Shown here: positions 30,027 through 39,530 of the stretch, one piece after another | Layout of the letters: every line of letters starts with the position of its first letter | How positions within the stretch are numbered: the first letter of the stretch is position 1 | From: Thermodesulfobacteriota bacterium | Lineage (GTDB): Bacteria; Desulfobacterota_D; UBA1144; Nemesobacterales; UBA2774 | Direction: 5' to 3' | Length of the DNA: 64,000 bases | NCBI GenBank assembly: GCA_965216785.1 | Contig: OZ244197.1 | Span: 512,001 to 576,000 of the forward strand | Program-made: the position numbers and the translations under genes | Notes under the pieces: model-generated | Seen by the model: the letters and a program-made list of their open reading frames with translations, nothing else | Database searches by the model: none | Told to the model about the DNA's origin: nothing

Positions 30027-31136
30027 TTAATTACTGTCCTTTTTATAAAAGGGAAGCGAAGCCACCTGAGCCTCCCTGAGTGTATTTCTAATCTCTATCT
30101 GCATCCTGTCACTGCTAATTTCATCAGCGCTACTACCCGTATCTACCCCTTTTAGATAACCCATACCGATGGGTTTTTCAAGACTTGGGGAAAAAGTTCC
30201 ACTTGTAACCTTTCCTGCGTACTCCCCTGCCCTGAATATGCTATATCCCTGTCTTGGTATTCCGCGCTCTACCATGGTAAAAGCGACAAGCTCTTTTTTT
30301 AACCCGTCCGCGGTACCCTCAACTATCGCCTGCTTGCCAATAAAGTCGTCTGTGTTGAGTTTCACATATCGTCCGAGCCCGGCCTCGAGCGGATTCGTTT
30401 CTTCGTCTATCTCATGCCCGTAGAGAGAATAACCCATCTCCAGTCGAAGCGTATCTCTTGCCCCGAGCCCAGCGGGTCTCACTCCCTTGGCGGCGCCTGT
30501 GTCCATAAGTCTTTCCCATAACCCCGGACCCGCTTCCCAGGGGAGAAATACCTCGTATCCGTTCTCACCCGTGTAACCCGTCCTTGCCACTATTATGTCT
30601 TTGCCGTTCCAGGTGCAGGTGACAAAATAGAACCTTTTTAATTCATCAAGAGAAATACCAATGCTATCGGATAATATTGCGAGAGAATCCGGTCCCTGAA
30701 CCGCGATCTGAGAGTAGTCGGGACTCCTGTCTATCACCTCAACATCAAAATTCCCTGTCTGAGCAAGCATCCACTCATATACTTTCGCCGAGTTAGACGC
30801 GTTAACGCAGAACAGAAGGTTCTCATCTGAGAGCTTATAAAGTATTACGTCGTCCACTACCCCGCCGTTGTCATAACAGATGAGAGTATACTGAGCCTGG
30901 TCAATCTTTATCTTGGCCGCATCGTTTGTAGTGATCCGCTGGCAGTATGCAAGCGCGCCGGGCCCTCTGACCTCGATCTCTCCCATGTGGCTGACGTCGA
31001 ATAAGCCCGCGTGATTCCTGACCGCAAGGTGCTCCTGCCTTACGCCCTCATACTGTACGGGCATCTCCCAGCCTGCGAACTCGACCATCTTCGCGCCCAG
31101 GTCTTTATGTATTTGGTATAGGGAAGTCCTCTTCAT
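30027..31136 (-). CDS. gcvT: Glycine cleavage aminomethyltransferase T
   Basis: FAGWEMPVQY, FDVSHMGE, RTGYTGENG, GLGARDTLRLE. Confidence 0.97.
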   Translation of the reverse strand: MKRTSLYQIHKDLGAKMVEFAGWEMPVQYEGVRQEHLAVRNHAGLFDVSHMGEIEVRGPGALAYCQRITTNDAAKIKIDQAQYTLICYDNGGVVDDVILYKLSDENLLFCVNASNSAKVYEWMLAQTGNFDVEVIDRSPDYSQIAVQGPDSLAILSDSIGISLDELKRFYFVTCTWNGKDIIVARTGYTGENGYEVFLPWEAGPGLWERLMDTGAAKGVRPAGLGARDTLRLEMGYSLYGHEIDEETNPLEAGLGRYVKLNTDDFIGKQAIVEGTADGLKKELVAFTMVERGIPRQGYSIFRAGEYAGKVTSGTFSPSLEKPIGMGYLKGVDTGSSADEISSDRMQIEIRNTLREAQVASLPFYKKDSN

Positions 31137-31250
31137 CTACCCTAATTGTTTAACGATAGAACGGGGGATTGTCAATTTTGTGGCTAAATTTAAGTCCGAA
31201 GAAATCTAAATCTGTGGAGACACTGCTAAAGAGGGATTAATTCCTGAGTA

Positions 31251-31949
31251 CTAATACTCTTCCACTACTCTTAAATCTCTCCGAAACTGCTCTGGGACGA
31301 GGTCGGGATCGTTCACGAAATGCTCTATACCCCGGTCATCCGTCCAAATGTATATGGTGCGCCTTTCAGACTCAGGGGCGTATGAGTAACTATCGGGCGT
31401 ACTTTGATATTCCCCAGGATATTCATAAACATCTTCAGGGTAATAATCTGGCTTATCAATACCGTAATCCGGGCCGTATACGTAATTATTTACTTCCAGG
31501 TTGCTCCGTCTCTCAGGCACCGTGCCTAGAGTCGATCCGTAGCCGTCGTAGGGAATATCTTCATAGCCGTAATAGTCATCCGGGTAATAAACGTATCCGC
31601 CGTAAGCTCTGTAATAGGGTTTGTATCCGTAGTAGTTATAGTGCTTTTTATGGTTCTTATAGTAGTGTTTTTTACCGTGGCCATGGTTCCCGTAGTATTT
31701 TTCGTTGTAAGCCTTTGTACCGGGGTGAGGCTTATAGTACTTATTATGAAACTCCTTATGCTTGTTAAAGAGGTTTGTGTTGCCAAAGGAGTTATAGCTT
31801 TTTTTGTTGGCGGGGTACTTAAAAGCTGTTTTCCCGCTCTTTGAGCTTAATTTATTGCTCTTATGGCTTGCGCTTTGACCGAACGCCAGAGGAGAAAGGA
31901 AGGCAAGCAAAAACAAAACCATTAGTCCCGTAATCGTTCTTTTTATCAT
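31251..31949 (-). CDS. Secreted His/Tyr/Lys-rich low-complexity protein with C-terminal DUF4124-like motif
   Basis: Signal peptide (..PLAFG); IYIWTDDRGIEHFVNDP resembles DUF4124 'IY.W.D..G..HF.D.P'. Confidence 0.6.
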   Translation of the reverse strand: MIKRTITGLMVLFLLAFLSPLAFGQSASHKSNKLSSKSGKTAFKYPANKKSYNSFGNTNLFNKHKEFHNKYYKPHPGTKAYNEKYYGNHGHGKKHYYKNHKKHYNYYGYKPYYRAYGGYVYYPDDYYGYEDIPYDGYGSTLGTVPERRSNLEVNNYVYGPDYGIDKPDYYPEDVYEYPGEYQSTPDSYSYAPESERRTIYIWTDDRGIEHFVNDPDLVPEQFRRDLRVVEEY

Positions 31950-32110
31950 GACCCTACCCGTTTATCCCCTCAGTTAAATAATGCGTCATACAAATCGCTA
32001 TTTCAACCCCTATTTTGACCCGTACCGAGAGCCCTTTTTTTATTAGTAGCCAATCACCAGAACTTTAATTACAATATCAAACTAGAGTCCGCTGCGAGGG
32101 AATTGAAACG

Positions 32111-32662
32111 ATGCCTAAAGTTTTGGAAATAGCAGAGCTGGGTCAGCACGTATTACGAGAAAAAGCCTCTGACATCGATAACGTCGAAGACCCCTCGGTA
32201 CAGGAATTTATAGACAATCTCATTGAAACGGGAGTAGATTCAAACGGTGTAGGCATAGCGGCGCCCCAGGTGTTTGAGCCCTACCGCATATTCATAATCA
32301 ACTCGCGCCCTAATCCGCGATATCCGAGCGCTCCCGAAATCGGCCCCATGGCTATAATAAACCCTGAGATTACTTCCTATTCCGAAGAAAAAGAAAAAGA
32401 CTGGGAGGGTTGCCTGAGTATTCCGGGCATTAGGGGGCTTGTGCCAAGACACAAGCACATAAGCACGCGTTACACGACAAGGGAGGGTAATATTGAGGAA
32501 AAGAATTTTTCGGATTTTGTTGCCAGAATATTCCAGCATGAGTTCGACCACTTAAACGGCGTCGTATTTTTAGACAGGATGGAATCGAGCCGGGAGATTA
32601 TTACAGAAAAGGAATATCAGCGGCTGATGGGCCAAGCTTATGATCTAAACGACGGAGGATAG
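32111..32662 (+). CDS. def: Peptide deformylase
   Basis: GVGIAAPQV, EGCLSIP, QHEFDH. Confidence 0.95.
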   Translation: MPKVLEIAELGQHVLREKASDIDNVEDPSVQEFIDNLIETGVDSNGVGIAAPQVFEPYRIFIINSRPNPRYPSAPEIGPMAIINPEITSYSEEKEKDWEGCLSIPGIRGLVPRHKHISTRYTTREGNIEEKNFSDFVARIFQHEFDHLNGVVFLDRMESSREIITEKEYQRLMGQAYDLNDGG

Positions 32663-32667
32663 AACAG

Positions 32668-33441
32668 GTGAACCCGGGCTTAAAGCTAATAGGAGCTATT
32701 ATGCTACTACTAATATCGACTTCTTATTCAAGCACCCTCTCAACAGCCGAAGAACATCAGGATTCTCTCTTTCAGACCGCTATCCTGCAGTCTCTTGTAG
32801 ATGGAGTGTACGACGGAGACTTAACTGTAGGGGAGTTAAAAGAGCACGGCGACTTCGGAGTGGGAACATATAACCGGCTTAACGGAGAGATGGTGGCTCT
32901 TGACGGCGTCTTTTACCAGGTTAAGTCAGACGGCAAAATAGAAATCCCGGATGACTCCACAAAAACCCCCTTCGCGATAGTAACATTTTTTGATACCAAT
33001 GAAACTATGAAGCCCCATAGCAAGATGAGCTGCGAAGAACTTAAAAGCTATATTGAAAACGCCCTTCCCGCTGAAAACATATTCTACGCAATAAAAGTTC
33101 ACGGGAGTTTTGAATATATGAAGACCAGGAGCGTACCCGAGCAAACAGCGCCGTATCCGCCCCTTAGCGAAGTGGTTAAAATAGAGTCAAAATTCGAATT
33201 CAAGAACATTACCGGAACCATCGTAGGACTATGGTTGCCCGAGTATATGGACAATATAAATCAGCCAGGATTCCATTTTCATTTCATATCGGACGACAAA
33301 AAATCAGGGGGACATGTGCTGGACTGTAAAACGGAGGATGTAGTAATAGAGATAGATTACATGAGAGAGCTCGATCTCGATCTTCCAGACACGGAAGGCT
33401 TTAATAACGCTGAGCTTACGGAGCCAAAAAAGGAAAATTAG
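32668..33441 (+). CDS. budA: Alpha-acetolactate decarboxylase with N-terminal signal peptide
   Basis: GDFGVGTY..LNGEM, PFA, TRSVP.Q..PY, GFHFHFI, GGHVLD. Confidence 0.88.
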   Translation: MNPGLKLIGAIMLLLISTSYSSTLSTAEEHQDSLFQTAILQSLVDGVYDGDLTVGELKEHGDFGVGTYNRLNGEMVALDGVFYQVKSDGKIEIPDDSTKTPFAIVTFFDTNETMKPHSKMSCEELKSYIENALPAENIFYAIKVHGSFEYMKTRSVPEQTAPYPPLSEVVKIESKFEFKNITGTIVGLWLPEYMDNINQPGFHFHFISDDKKSGGHVLDCKTEDVVIEIDYMRELDLDLPDTEGFNNAELTEPKKEN

Positions 33442-33449
33442 GAGCAATT

Positions 33450-34271
33450 ATGAAACATTATCATTCAAGACTTCTTATCTTACTATTAGCTGCATTGTTA
33501 TTAGGTAATGCAAACATTACTAATGCAGAATCCGCGACGAGTACTTTTCCGGAGGGAAAATGGATCGATCTTACGCACGATTTTTCTTCAGACACGATTT
33601 ACTGGCCGACGGCTGAGAGTTTTACGCTCGAAACAGAATTTCAAGGTATTACAGATAAAGGATACTTCTACGAGTCGCACCGCTACAGTGCGTCGGAGCA
33701 CGGCGGAACGCACATTGACGCGCCCGTGCATTTTGCTGAAGGTAGGCAGAGCGTTGATCAGATACCGCTTGAGAAGCTCATAGGCAGCGCCGTAGTGATA
33801 GACGTGAGCGCAAAAGCGCTCTTAGACCCGGACTATCAGGTAAGCGTTGAGGATATTACCGATTGGGAAAAAGAGAACGGGCAAATACCCGAGGGCTCAA
33901 TACTATTATTGAATACAGGTTACGCCAAATTCTGGCCCGACAGAGTAAAGTATATGGGGACGGATAAAAAGGGCCCGGAAGCTGTGAAAGAGCTGCACTT
34001 CCCAGGACTACATCCGGAGGCTGCCAAATGGCTAACTGAGAACAGAGAAATTAACGCTGTGGGACTCGATACACCAAGTATAGACTACGGCCAATCTACA
34101 CTGTTCGAAACCCACAGAATACTGTTTAAGGAAAATATCCCGGCCTTCGAAAATGTCGCGAATCTGGATAAACTTCCTGCAAAGGGAGCATTCGTAATCG
34201 CGCTTCCCATGAAGATCAAGGGCGGGAGCGGAGCGCCGCTCAGGATTATCGCCACCATACCGGAAAATTAG
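33450..34271 (+). CDS. Cyclase/kynurenine formamidase-family metallohydrolase with signal peptide
   Basis: HGGTHIDAPVHF, GLDTPSID, FENVANL, PMKIKGGSGAPLR. Confidence 0.88.
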   Translation: MKHYHSRLLILLLAALLLGNANITNAESATSTFPEGKWIDLTHDFSSDTIYWPTAESFTLETEFQGITDKGYFYESHRYSASEHGGTHIDAPVHFAEGRQSVDQIPLEKLIGSAVVIDVSAKALLDPDYQVSVEDITDWEKENGQIPEGSILLLNTGYAKFWPDRVKYMGTDKKGPEAVKELHFPGLHPEAAKWLTENREINAVGLDTPSIDYGQSTLFETHRILFKENIPAFENVANLDKLPAKGAFVIALPMKIKGGSGAPLRIIATIPEN

Positions 34272-34301
34272 AGCCGGGAGAATAAGAACGAGGAGTAGAA
34301 A

Positions 34302-34697
34302 ATGAGCCAGGACAAACCTACTAGAGAGCAGGAAGTGGAGGATGGAAAGCAGAGGGATATATCAGAGCACGCTAAAAATGCGGGACTCCTGATCCCCATG
34401 TTTATTACATCCACCGTGTGGGACGCGTGGGTAGTCCCGGACAAAAAAAGCATCGAGCAGGGTGAAAATGAAACCTCGCGTCTGAATAACATTCTGGACA
34501 AGCTCGTTTACTACATGAGGGTGCAGCGACAAACTAACCGATCTAACCTTATATTTTTCCCGGTCCCTCTAACTAAGGATGGAGAATCCGAGGACGTACA
34601 GCTGCTGTCCCATCTCGGCCCTCTCGAAGTTGGGGTGAATAAGCCCTGTATTACGATAATGACCCCAGAGGAATATGAAGCGCAGAATGCAAATTGA
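34302..34697 (+). CDS. Hypothetical protein, DUF6573-like
   Basis: DISEHAKNAG..IPMFITSTVW..WV.P...GENETSRL and C-terminal GP.....PCITIMTPEE recall DUF6573. Confidence 0.55.
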   Translation: MSQDKPTREQEVEDGKQRDISEHAKNAGLLIPMFITSTVWDAWVVPDKKSIEQGENETSRLNNILDKLVYYMRVQRQTNRSNLIFFPVPLTKDGESEDVQLLSHLGPLEVGVNKPCITIMTPEEYEAQNAN

Positions 34698-34829
34698 ATT
34701 GAAAAAAGCCGTACCATAAAACCCTCTGTTCTCTCAAATTCAGTCCCGGCAATCAAAAGAGGCTTTCAGAAAACATTACGGCGTATAAATACCGCAAATA
34801 ATGTATAATAATTTTATTGAGGTCTGGAT

Positions 34830-35972
34830 ATGACACGCCGTGAAATTTACTTTGACAATAACGCGACTACGAGACCGCTCCCCGAAGTAAGGGAAGAGGT
34901 GCTTAAGGTCATAGGTGAGGAGTTCGGCAACCCCTCTAGCGCTCACTCTACCGGAGAGAGGGCCCGCCGTCACCTAAGCCAGGCAAGGGACAGCCTCGCA
35001 GCGCTCCTCGGATGCAATGCGTCTGCCGTCACATTCACCGGATCGGGCACGGAATCCAACAACATGGCGTTTTATTCCTGTACAAGGGATAAAAAGAAGA
35101 AATGCCGAGTGGTCACGACCTCGGTCGAGCATTCGTCCATCCAGAAAATGTGCAGTTACTTATGCATTAACGGCGTCGATATCAAAATGGTAAACGTCCA
35201 GCCAAACGGCTTAATCGACCGAGAAGAGCTCGAGAGAGCGATTAACGAAGATACCTCTCTTGTCTCCGTTCAGTGGGTGAACAATGAAACGGGCGTTGTG
35301 CAGCCGATAGAGGAAATAGGGGCGATGTGCAAAGACATGGGAGTCCCGTTTCACACCGACGCGGCGCAGGCTGTAGGAAAGCTTAAGATGAACCTTGATG
35401 AGCTGCAGTTTGATTTTCTTTCGCTCACCGGTCACAAGTTCCATTCCCCCCAGGGCGTTGGAGCCATTTACTGTAAAGACCGCTTTATGCTTGCTCCGAT
35501 CCTTTTCGGCGGCTTCCAGGAAGAGGGTTTCCGCCCGGGTACAGAGAACCTGCCCGGTATAGTAGGTATGGGAAAAGCCGCAGAGATAAGAAAGGCAAAA
35601 TTAGAGCAGTACATCTTAAAGATGAAGGACCTCAGAGACCGCTTCGAAGCCATGGTGCTCGACTTTGTACCCGGCACCAGAGTAAACGGAACTACGGAGA
35701 GCAGGGTATGCAATACTACCAACATTATGTTCGGCGGAGTAGACGGCAGAAAGCTCGTTAGAGAGCTGGACAACGTAGGTGTAAGGTGCTCTCAGAGCTC
35801 GGCCTGCACAAATTTTGAAATCGCGCCGTCCTATGTGCTATGCGCTATGGGGCTTACGGAAGAAGAGGCTTACTCGAGCATAAGGTTCAGCTTTTCCGTT
35901 GAAAACACGTTTGACGAAATAGATACAACTATTGGGCTTTTAAGAGACATTACCGAAAAATCCAGAATCTAA
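34830..35972 (+). CDS. Cysteine desulfurase (NifS/IscS class I)
   Basis: YFDNNATT, GNPSS, NNETG, HTDAAQA, TGHKF (PLP Lys), SQSSACT (catalytic Cys). Confidence 0.92.
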   Translation: MTRREIYFDNNATTRPLPEVREEVLKVIGEEFGNPSSAHSTGERARRHLSQARDSLAALLGCNASAVTFTGSGTESNNMAFYSCTRDKKKKCRVVTTSVEHSSIQKMCSYLCINGVDIKMVNVQPNGLIDREELERAINEDTSLVSVQWVNNETGVVQPIEEIGAMCKDMGVPFHTDAAQAVGKLKMNLDELQFDFLSLTGHKFHSPQGVGAIYCKDRFMLAPILFGGFQEEGFRPGTENLPGIVGMGKAAEIRKAKLEQYILKMKDLRDRFEAMVLDFVPGTRVNGTTESRVCNTTNIMFGGVDGRKLVRELDNVGVRCSQSSACTNFEIAPSYVLCAMGLTEEEAYSSIRFSFSVENTFDEIDTTIGLLRDITEKSRI

Positions 35973-36068
35973 ATCACAATCTGGAATAATTTTAGCCTGA
36001 TCTCAACCACACGCTTATCATTCATCCCCGACTCTGATTCCCCCAGGCTTGAATAAAGGTAATAAGGA

Positions 36069-36596
36069 ATGGACAGAGCGAAGAAAAACATACTAATTTC
36101 AGGACTTCCGGGGATAGGCAAGACCACCCTAATCAAAAACCTTATTCAAAAGATACCACTTTCCCGGCCCATAGGGTTCTACACCGAAGAGATAAGATAT
36201 GAGGGGGAAAGGAAGGGGTTTCAGGCTGTGAGCCTTGATGGTGAGAGATTGATTCTGGCACACGAGCTTTTACAGAGCGGATACCATGTAGGGAAATACA
36301 AAGTCGACGTAAAAGGCTTTGATAAATTCCTCGATAATATAGATTTTCTAAGAGATTATGAAAGACCTGTTGTTATTGATGAAATAGGAAAGATGGAGTG
36401 TCTCTCCGGTAAATTTGTAAGGATAATTTCTGAAATACTGGACTCCCCGGCTACTTTTGTCGCCTCTATCGCCCACACAGACGGCGGTATAAAGGGCAGA
36501 ATAAAAAAGAGAGACGACGTCCTCTTATACAAAATGAATCTCGATAACAGAGAAACACTGCTTGAGGATATTCTGGATATCCTGAATCCAGAATAG
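36069..36596 (+). CDS. NTPase_1 (THEP1-like) nucleoside triphosphatase
   Basis: SGLPGIGKTT, GFYTEE.R..G.R.GF, VGKY.V, IDEIGKME. Confidence 0.9.
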   Translation: MDRAKKNILISGLPGIGKTTLIKNLIQKIPLSRPIGFYTEEIRYEGERKGFQAVSLDGERLILAHELLQSGYHVGKYKVDVKGFDKFLDNIDFLRDYERPVVIDEIGKMECLSGKFVRIISEILDSPATFVASIAHTDGGIKGRIKKRDDVLLYKMNLDNRETLLEDILDILNPE

Positions 36597-36668
36597 AGCA
36601 ACTTCCACACATGCTTTACATCTAATATCAAAGTATCGGTCGTTCACAAAAAGTTTTGATATCTTTTG

Positions 36669-36687
36669 ACATTTATATTATAAATGT
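36669..36687. promoter_or_regulatory. Perfect 19-bp palindrome, candidate operator
   Basis: ACATTTATA-T-TATAAATGT, 19 nt upstream of the probable ATG at 36707. Confidence 0.5.
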
Positions 36688-36706
36688 GATGGAGGGAAAA
36701 TATCCA

Positions 36707-38692
36707 ATGGCTGAAACAACTCGACAAGCTAAAAAACATAAAAGCTGGTACAAAGTGCTCGAGCACGGCGAGCTTCCGGAAGGGAGGGTAACTACCAGGA
36801 CTTGCCGGAACCTAACCTTATGCCTCAGTAGACACGGGGGCAAATACGGAGCGCTCGACAACAAATGCCCTCATCAGGGGGGGCCGCTCGGGGAAGGATC
36901 TATCGAGAACGGCTGGCTCAGGTGTCCCTGGCACGGATGGGACTTTGATCCTATTTCCGGGAAATCGCCCGGAGGGTTTGAGGACGGCGTACCTGTATTT
37001 GAGATAGAAGAGCGGGACGACGGAATATATGTCGCGCTTGAAGATTTGGGAGAACATCAGAGAACAGTTACCGATCTTATGGCCGAGACAATGGTAAATT
37101 GGGGAATCAAGCATGTATTCGGCATGGTAGGACATTCGAACCTCGGGCTTGCGGACGCGCTGAGGGTTCAGGAGGAGAAAGGGAATATCTCCTACATAGG
37201 AATACGTCACGAAGGGGCTGCTGCTTTTGCGTGCTCGGCTTACGGCAAGCTCACAGGGAGACCCGCGGCGTGTCTTGGAATCGCAGGACCCGGATCAACT
37301 AACCTACTAACCGGACTTTGGGACGCGAATGTGGACCGAAGCCCAGTGCTTGCTCTGAGCGGCCAGGTAGATACGCAGGTGCTGGGCCCGGGGGCTTTTC
37401 AGGAAGTGGACCTGCAGGCAGCTTTCGGCAAGGTGGCTCAATGGACCCAGACCGTGCTTCAAACGAGTAAGCACGCAGAGCTTGTAAACCTGGCACTCAA
37501 GAGCGCCATACTGAACAGAGGGGTATCTCATCTGATTTTCCCGGACGAGGTACAGACGCTACCTGCAAAAGACGAGGCAAAAGCCGGCAGCCCTGTAGGC
37601 AGAGTGACACCGCTTACAATCACCCCGCCAAGGCAGACGTTAAACGAAGCGATAAAACTTATAAAGAAAGCCGAGCGGCCATCGATTATCGTAGGGCACG
37701 GCGCAAGGTTTAATATGGATTCTATAACAGAGCTTGCACAGAGCCTTAGGTGTCCGGTGTTTACGACATTTAAAGGCAAGGGGCTTATCCCTGACAACCA
37801 TCCACTCGGTTGCGGTGTACTCGGCAGGAGCGGTACTCCAATAGCGAGCTGGTTTATGAACGAGTCGGACCTGCTCATAGTGTTTGGGGCGAGCTTCAGT
37901 AACCACACAGGAATATCATCGAAGAAGACGATCATACACGTGGACTTTGACAACATGGCTTTAGCTAAATTCCACCCGGTCACAGTGCCGGTTTGGGGCG
38001 AGATCGGTATTACCGCAGAGCTTATAAAAAAAGCGGTGAAAGGAAAAGCTAAATCCAAGGACAGAAGAAAAGAGATAGCAAAACGGTGGAAGATATGGCG
38101 GGAGGAGAAAGAAAGCCGGAGAAAAGACGAAAGCTCTGTCGGGCTTAGCTCGTCCTATATATTCGAGGAGCTTTCTAATCACTCTCCAGAGGATGCCATA
38201 ATAGCAGTCGATGTAGGTAATAACACATATTCGTTCGGAAGATACTTTGAATGTAAAAAACAGTCGATACTGATGTCGGGCTATCTGGGCTCTATCGGGT
38301 TTTCTCTTCCCGGTGCGATAGGGGCATGGACAGCGACCCAGGAAGATGACCCGAGGTTCAGAGGACGAAAGGTAATATCCGTCTCCGGGGACGGAGGGCT
38401 CGGGCAGTATCTGGCAGAAGTAACTACAGCAGTTAAATACGGGATGAACATTACCCATGTGCTCCTTCACAATAAAGAGCTTGGGAAGATTTCAAAAGAA
38501 CAGCGCGCCGGGAACTGGGAGGTATGGCAGACTTCTCTGCATAACCCGAACTTTGCCGACTACGTGAACTCCTGCGGAGGGCTTGGAGTAAGGGTTACCA
38601 AAAAATCGGAGCTCAGAAGGGCTCTCAAAAAATGCTTCAAGCATAATGGGTTTTCAATGGTCGAGATTATGTCCGACCCGGATTTAATTTAG
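36707..38692 (+). CDS. Rieske [2Fe-2S] domain fused to a ThDP-dependent pyruvate oxidase/acetolactate synthase-like enzyme
   Basis: CPHQGGPL...CPWHGW Rieske motif; RHEGAAAF, GPGSTN, GDGG...N ThDP motif; start at ATG 36707 after GGAGGG. Confidence 0.9.
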   Translation: MAETTRQAKKHKSWYKVLEHGELPEGRVTTRTCRNLTLCLSRHGGKYGALDNKCPHQGGPLGEGSIENGWLRCPWHGWDFDPISGKSPGGFEDGVPVFEIEERDDGIYVALEDLGEHQRTVTDLMAETMVNWGIKHVFGMVGHSNLGLADALRVQEEKGNISYIGIRHEGAAAFACSAYGKLTGRPAACLGIAGPGSTNLLTGLWDANVDRSPVLALSGQVDTQVLGPGAFQEVDLQAAFGKVAQWTQTVLQTSKHAELVNLALKSAILNRGVSHLIFPDEVQTLPAKDEAKAGSPVGRVTPLTITPPRQTLNEAIKLIKKAERPSIIVGHGARFNMDSITELAQSLRCPVFTTFKGKGLIPDNHPLGCGVLGRSGTPIASWFMNESDLLIVFGASFSNHTGISSKKTIIHVDFDNMALAKFHPVTVPVWGEIGITAELIKKAVKGKAKSKDRRKEIAKRWKIWREEKESRRKDESSVGLSSSYIFEELSNHSPEDAIIAVDVGNNTYSFGRYFECKKQSILMSGYLGSIGFSLPGAIGAWTATQEDDPRFRGRKVISVSGDGGLGQYLAEVTTAVKYGMNITHVLLHNKELGKISKEQRAGNWEVWQTSLHNPNFADYVNSCGGLGVRVTKKSELRRALKKCFKHNGFSMVEIMSDPDLI

Positions 38693-38736
38693 ATGTATAA
38701 ATTTAAAATTGAATCATCAATAATCCAGGAGGAAAT

Positions 38737-39528
38737 ATGGCTGACAAAACCGAGTATCCGGATATTAATTACAACGACGGTATTAAAACAATTGAGACTG
38801 TGCACGGATACGCAAAACTCTTAGGCGCAATCAGGGCCTCGATGACTCCCCCACAAAAAGACTATTGGCATATAAGCCTCAGGACCGGGCCGCTAGGGTT
38901 CCGTACTACGCCCGTGCCGATTGGAGACGGTCATACATTTGAATTACTTCTAGACCTGGTTTCACACTCGGCGGCGATCACAACGAGTAAAGGCTACACG
39001 TGGAACTTGCCAATCGAGGGACAAACGCTTACAGCCTTTTCGGAAAGCGTACTTAGAGAGCTCGGGAAGCTCGGAATCAGCCCTGAAATCGACACTGAAA
39101 AATTCAAAGACGAGACGGAAAGGATATACAACTTTCAGCACGCCTCGGACATATTTAGATACTATTCCATTTTCGACATGGTCTTAAAGGAATTTAAGGG
39201 AACGCTTGCTCAGGAGACAAGCCCCGTTCAGCTGTGGCCGCACCACATGGACATAGCGTTTACCTGCTACACGGAGTCAGGGTTATTGCTAACTTGCGGT
39301 TTTCTCCCGGGGGACGAAAGTATAGAAGAGCCATATTTCTACATAACCGCATACCCTGAGATAGATGATACGTCTTCTGTCACCCTTGGGGGTAAGGCGT
39401 ATTGGCATACCGTAGACTGGCAGGGGATTATCTATAAATACTCAGACCTTCTGGAATCAGAGTCTCCAAGAGAAGAGCTGCTAAGACATCTGGGATCGAG
39501 CTTTGATCAAATTATGGAAAAATCCTGA
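38737..39528 (+). CDS. DUF5996-like protein
   Basis: YWHISL...G..T.P, F.....SPVQLWPHHMDIA, GF.PGD..IEEPYFY..AYP. Confidence 0.7.
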   Translation: MADKTEYPDINYNDGIKTIETVHGYAKLLGAIRASMTPPQKDYWHISLRTGPLGFRTTPVPIGDGHTFELLLDLVSHSAAITTSKGYTWNLPIEGQTLTAFSESVLRELGKLGISPEIDTEKFKDETERIYNFQHASDIFRYYSIFDMVLKEFKGTLAQETSPVQLWPHHMDIAFTCYTESGLLLTCGFLPGDESIEEPYFYITAYPEIDDTSSVTLGGKAYWHTVDWQGIIYKYSDLLESESPREELLRHLGSSFDQIMEKS

Positions 39529-39530
39529 TT

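Noticed and set aside
31137-31250. Glycine riboswitch expected upstream of gcvT
   Set aside because: Only an isolated CTCAGG is present; no GGAGA...CCGAAG core, and a TTGACA box sits ~35 nt from the ATG, leaving no room for an aptamer
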